This document shows, piece after piece, positions 61,380 through 64,000 of a stretch of DNA of 64,000 nucleotides. How positions within the stretch are numbered: position 1 is the stretch's first letter; each line of letters starts with the position of its first letter. A program made the position numbers and the translations under genes. The notes below the pieces were generated by a model. It worked only from the letters and a program-made list of their open reading frames with translations, searched no databases and was not told where the DNA came from. The DNA is from Cenococcum geophilum (Eukaryota), in NCBI GenBank assembly GCA_050273025.1, contig CP158635.1:20026001-20090000 (forward strand), in the 5' to 3' direction.

Positions 61380-64000
61380 AAACTTTATCGCTACTATAAT
61401 CTATAACATTTACATTAGCTACTTCTTTAAATTTTCCAGCTTATTCGTGTCTACGTCTAGTCTCTTATTAGCAGCGTTTTTCTTAAACTTAAGCTTATCT
61501 AGAATTCCACTTTTAATACAGGAAGCCATTAATAGTAACACCCTCCGCAATAGCCGTTAGAAATAATAAGAGAATTTATAGCCCGCTTAGCTGCTTCCAC
61601 AAGTTATAAATTATATAGTCTTTTTGCTTCAGTAGTATTCCTCCAAGGAGGTATATAACGGCATCCTTACTATATTTAGCAACTAAGGCCTAAAATAAGT
61701 GTTAGCTTAGAGTTCCAGTTAAGTATACTGCTATTAAGAGGTAAAAAGATAGAGTATTTTGCCACTTACTGCTATATATACTGCCCTAATAATTAAAAAA
61801 TTAGTACTAATAATAAATTTACTACAATAGCCTTTAATATATAGCGCTGCTATAGCTGCTATAACTTCTTTATAGATAGCTAAAAGCGTCTTAAAACTTC
61901 GCGTTGTTATAAAGAATTTCCTCCTTATTCTAATCCAAGATACTTCTAATAGGATTTTTAACTATATTAGTGTGGTATTAGACTAGACATTTATTTTTTT
62001 TTATTATCCGGAAGATCCTTATTAAATCTATCCTTCTATAAAAGTAACCCAGGCGTCATTACTATATTATAGCATATAAAGTAGCTGCTTAAGGAGCTGC
62101 TAGCTATTTATACTAGTTTTTTCCCAGTAGAAGAACTATCTTCTCTCCATTCAACCATTTTTTACTAAAATACCTCTTCTATTTCTAACACTATTGCACC
62201 TTCTATACTATATAGAAATTTAAGTTCTTTAGTTTTATAATTACACTTTATATATTAAATTTGGAGCTCGCCTAGAACAACTTTTAGTTTTTGGTCATTA
62301 AAGCCAATAGTATCCCAGTTACGGCGAATAAGAAAATTCATAAGAATTAGGCCACTAACCTTAACCAATTCTTTATATGTCGTAGACTGCGAGGCACTTT
62401 TAGGGTTACTCCTTCCCTGCTTTAAAAATTAGGTCCATAGTTTAGCTATTTTATTAACTTCCACGGACGTGCATTTTCTAAAAATGCTAGGGTTAGCTTA
62501 AGCGGTTGCCCAATCTATATCTTTAAGGGCGCTTATAATAAATTAGCATATATCTATAACACCATTCTCTATTACTGTGCTAGAGCTTAGGCAAAGAATC
62601 TTAGGTATAGAGGTACCCCCATTTTTTTTTAAGAGCGAAGGAATTAGTTAATATAAATTTCTTAATTTTTTTTTATTATAAAACTTATCCTATAAGATTC
62701 TGCTAAAGAGCGTAGTTACAACGGTCTATATACCTCTATAGGGGGCCGTTAAAGAACTATAAGCAGGGCGTTTTCTTTTTACCTATAAGAGTCTAACTAT
62801 TATTCATTACATCGTAATCTAACTAGTCCCCTAAAGTCCCCATTTAAAGCCATTCCTAAGGGTTTAGTCGCGCCATTTCTTTATACACACCTTCTATCTT
62901 ATAGGACATTGCAAACCGTAGTAGCGTCTACTCTTTTATTATAAGCGTAGAGTCCTTAAATAATAAGATATAATTATCTCTCTAGCCAGTAATCACACTT
63001 AGAATTATAATGACTAGATTTACACTATGCTATCTTTATATTATAGATATAGCGTTTTAGTTTATATATAAGTATAAAAAAGGCATCTTGTCCTAGCTAG
63101 GATACTCGGTATCTTTAGCCTAGTTATTCTCCTATAGATACTAATTCGTATTCCCAGCTACTTAATTAGCAGCCACTTCGTCTAGGTTTATAGCAGAGTA
63201 ATAACTAAGGACAATAGTTAAGTACGCGGTTATAATTTTTCCGGTTCCTACACTATTAGCAAAAACCCTACCGTTTAGTTAGTGCGCTCCTAGTAGAATA
63301 TCTTAGATACGCTATACAGCTAGTATGGGAATAATTTAAACCTTAGATTTAGACCCCATTTACTAAAAATGGGGACCAGGTTCTTCGCTAAGACGGCCTT
63401 TTTAGAAACTCTGTATAGCTTAGCCAAACATTTATACATCTATTACTCTATTTATTAAACCTTACCTCCTGCTTTGGCTATAGCGGCCTCTTAAAATCTA
63501 AAAAGAGCTAATATTAGTCTAATTCAAGATATACTCCATATAACTATATGCTTATACCTTTACGCAATAGGCATTATAGCCTATATCTCCTTAGCTTAAG
63601 TTATATTATCCTTAAGCGCATTTTTACCTAAGGTATCTTTAATCGCATTAATTTCTATAGTTTTACTAAGGAAAGCTTTTATGGGTATAAAGTTTAATTA
63701 TTATATAGAGTCTAAGCTAATTAGGGATATAAAGTAGTTTTGCTCTTAGGAGTATCGCAATTATTTTTACCGTGCTCTATATCGTTAGGATTATCCATAG
63801 GCTAGATAACTAGATTATTGCGGCTGTTCCTAGCAGCTTGCCGTAGCTTACCACAGTTTGCCGTAGTTTGCCCATAGATACCTCTAGTAGGTTGCTCCCT
63901 TTTATAATTACGTTTCTTCGGACTTAATAAACTTAGAATACCACTATGTGTTAATAAGATGGATAAAGCATTACTCTTATTCTCGCTATCTTTATTAATA
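61380..64000 (-). pseudogene. SNF2-family helicase/ATPase, copy B (diverged paralogue, partial, internal deletions)
   Basis: Collinear with copy A: VFANSVGTGK (~63250), RIL*DKFYNKK (~62685), LIRRN, same intron position (~63500-63557). The motif VI segment is missing at ~61530. Confidence 0.8.

Larger units (their letters stand above)
49655..64000 (-). mobile_element. Left end of a large (>14 kb) RIP-mutated multigene insertion, unclassified
   Basis: Begins TA|CATCAGGAAA exactly where the hAT frame breaks. Subterminal AAATTGCC(AC) repeats. Five co-oriented minus-strand gene remnants. The hAT does not resume inside the window. Confidence 0.6.

Noticed and set aside
49655..64000. Calling the large element a Starship
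   Set aside because: No DUF3435 tyrosine-recombinase captain is visible in the window, and the TA|CATC terminus shared with a TIR element points elsewhere. It cannot be excluded without the other end.

Overview
Filamentous ascomycete genomic DNA (short GT-AG introns, heavy RIP; Dothideomycete-like, possibly Cenococcum, which is inference only). The window has two parts. 1-19.4 kb is gene-dense: PPM2/TYW4 (partial), ATG18, PI31, a C2H2 transcription factor, a YVC1-like TRP channel and a decaying hypothetical gene at the border. 19.4-64 kb is an AT-rich, RIP-mutated nest of mobile elements whose boundaries can mostly be resolved to the base from TSDs and TIRs. It holds two inverted near-full-length chromodomain Ty3/Gypsy copies and a ~6.0 kb Copia split by five insertions: a minisatellite-filled TIR element, a solo LTR, a Gypsy, a MITE and a 1 kb non-LTR retroposon. 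It also holds hAT remnants, a Fot1/pogo-type MITE and the start of a >14 kb multigene insertion carrying two SNF2-like helicase genes and a Helitron DUF6570 fragment. The best novelty candidates are: (i) a SINE-like retroposon whose first nucleotide is the G1 of an HDV-like self-cleaving ribozyme fold, with a (TAC)n tail and a 14-17 bp TSD; (ii) the giant CATC-ended SNF2-carrying element and its small minisatellite-filled relative; (iii) an antisense Zn2Cys6-like ORF carried by the Gypsy. All translations of RIP-mutated regions were done by eye and need computational confirmation.
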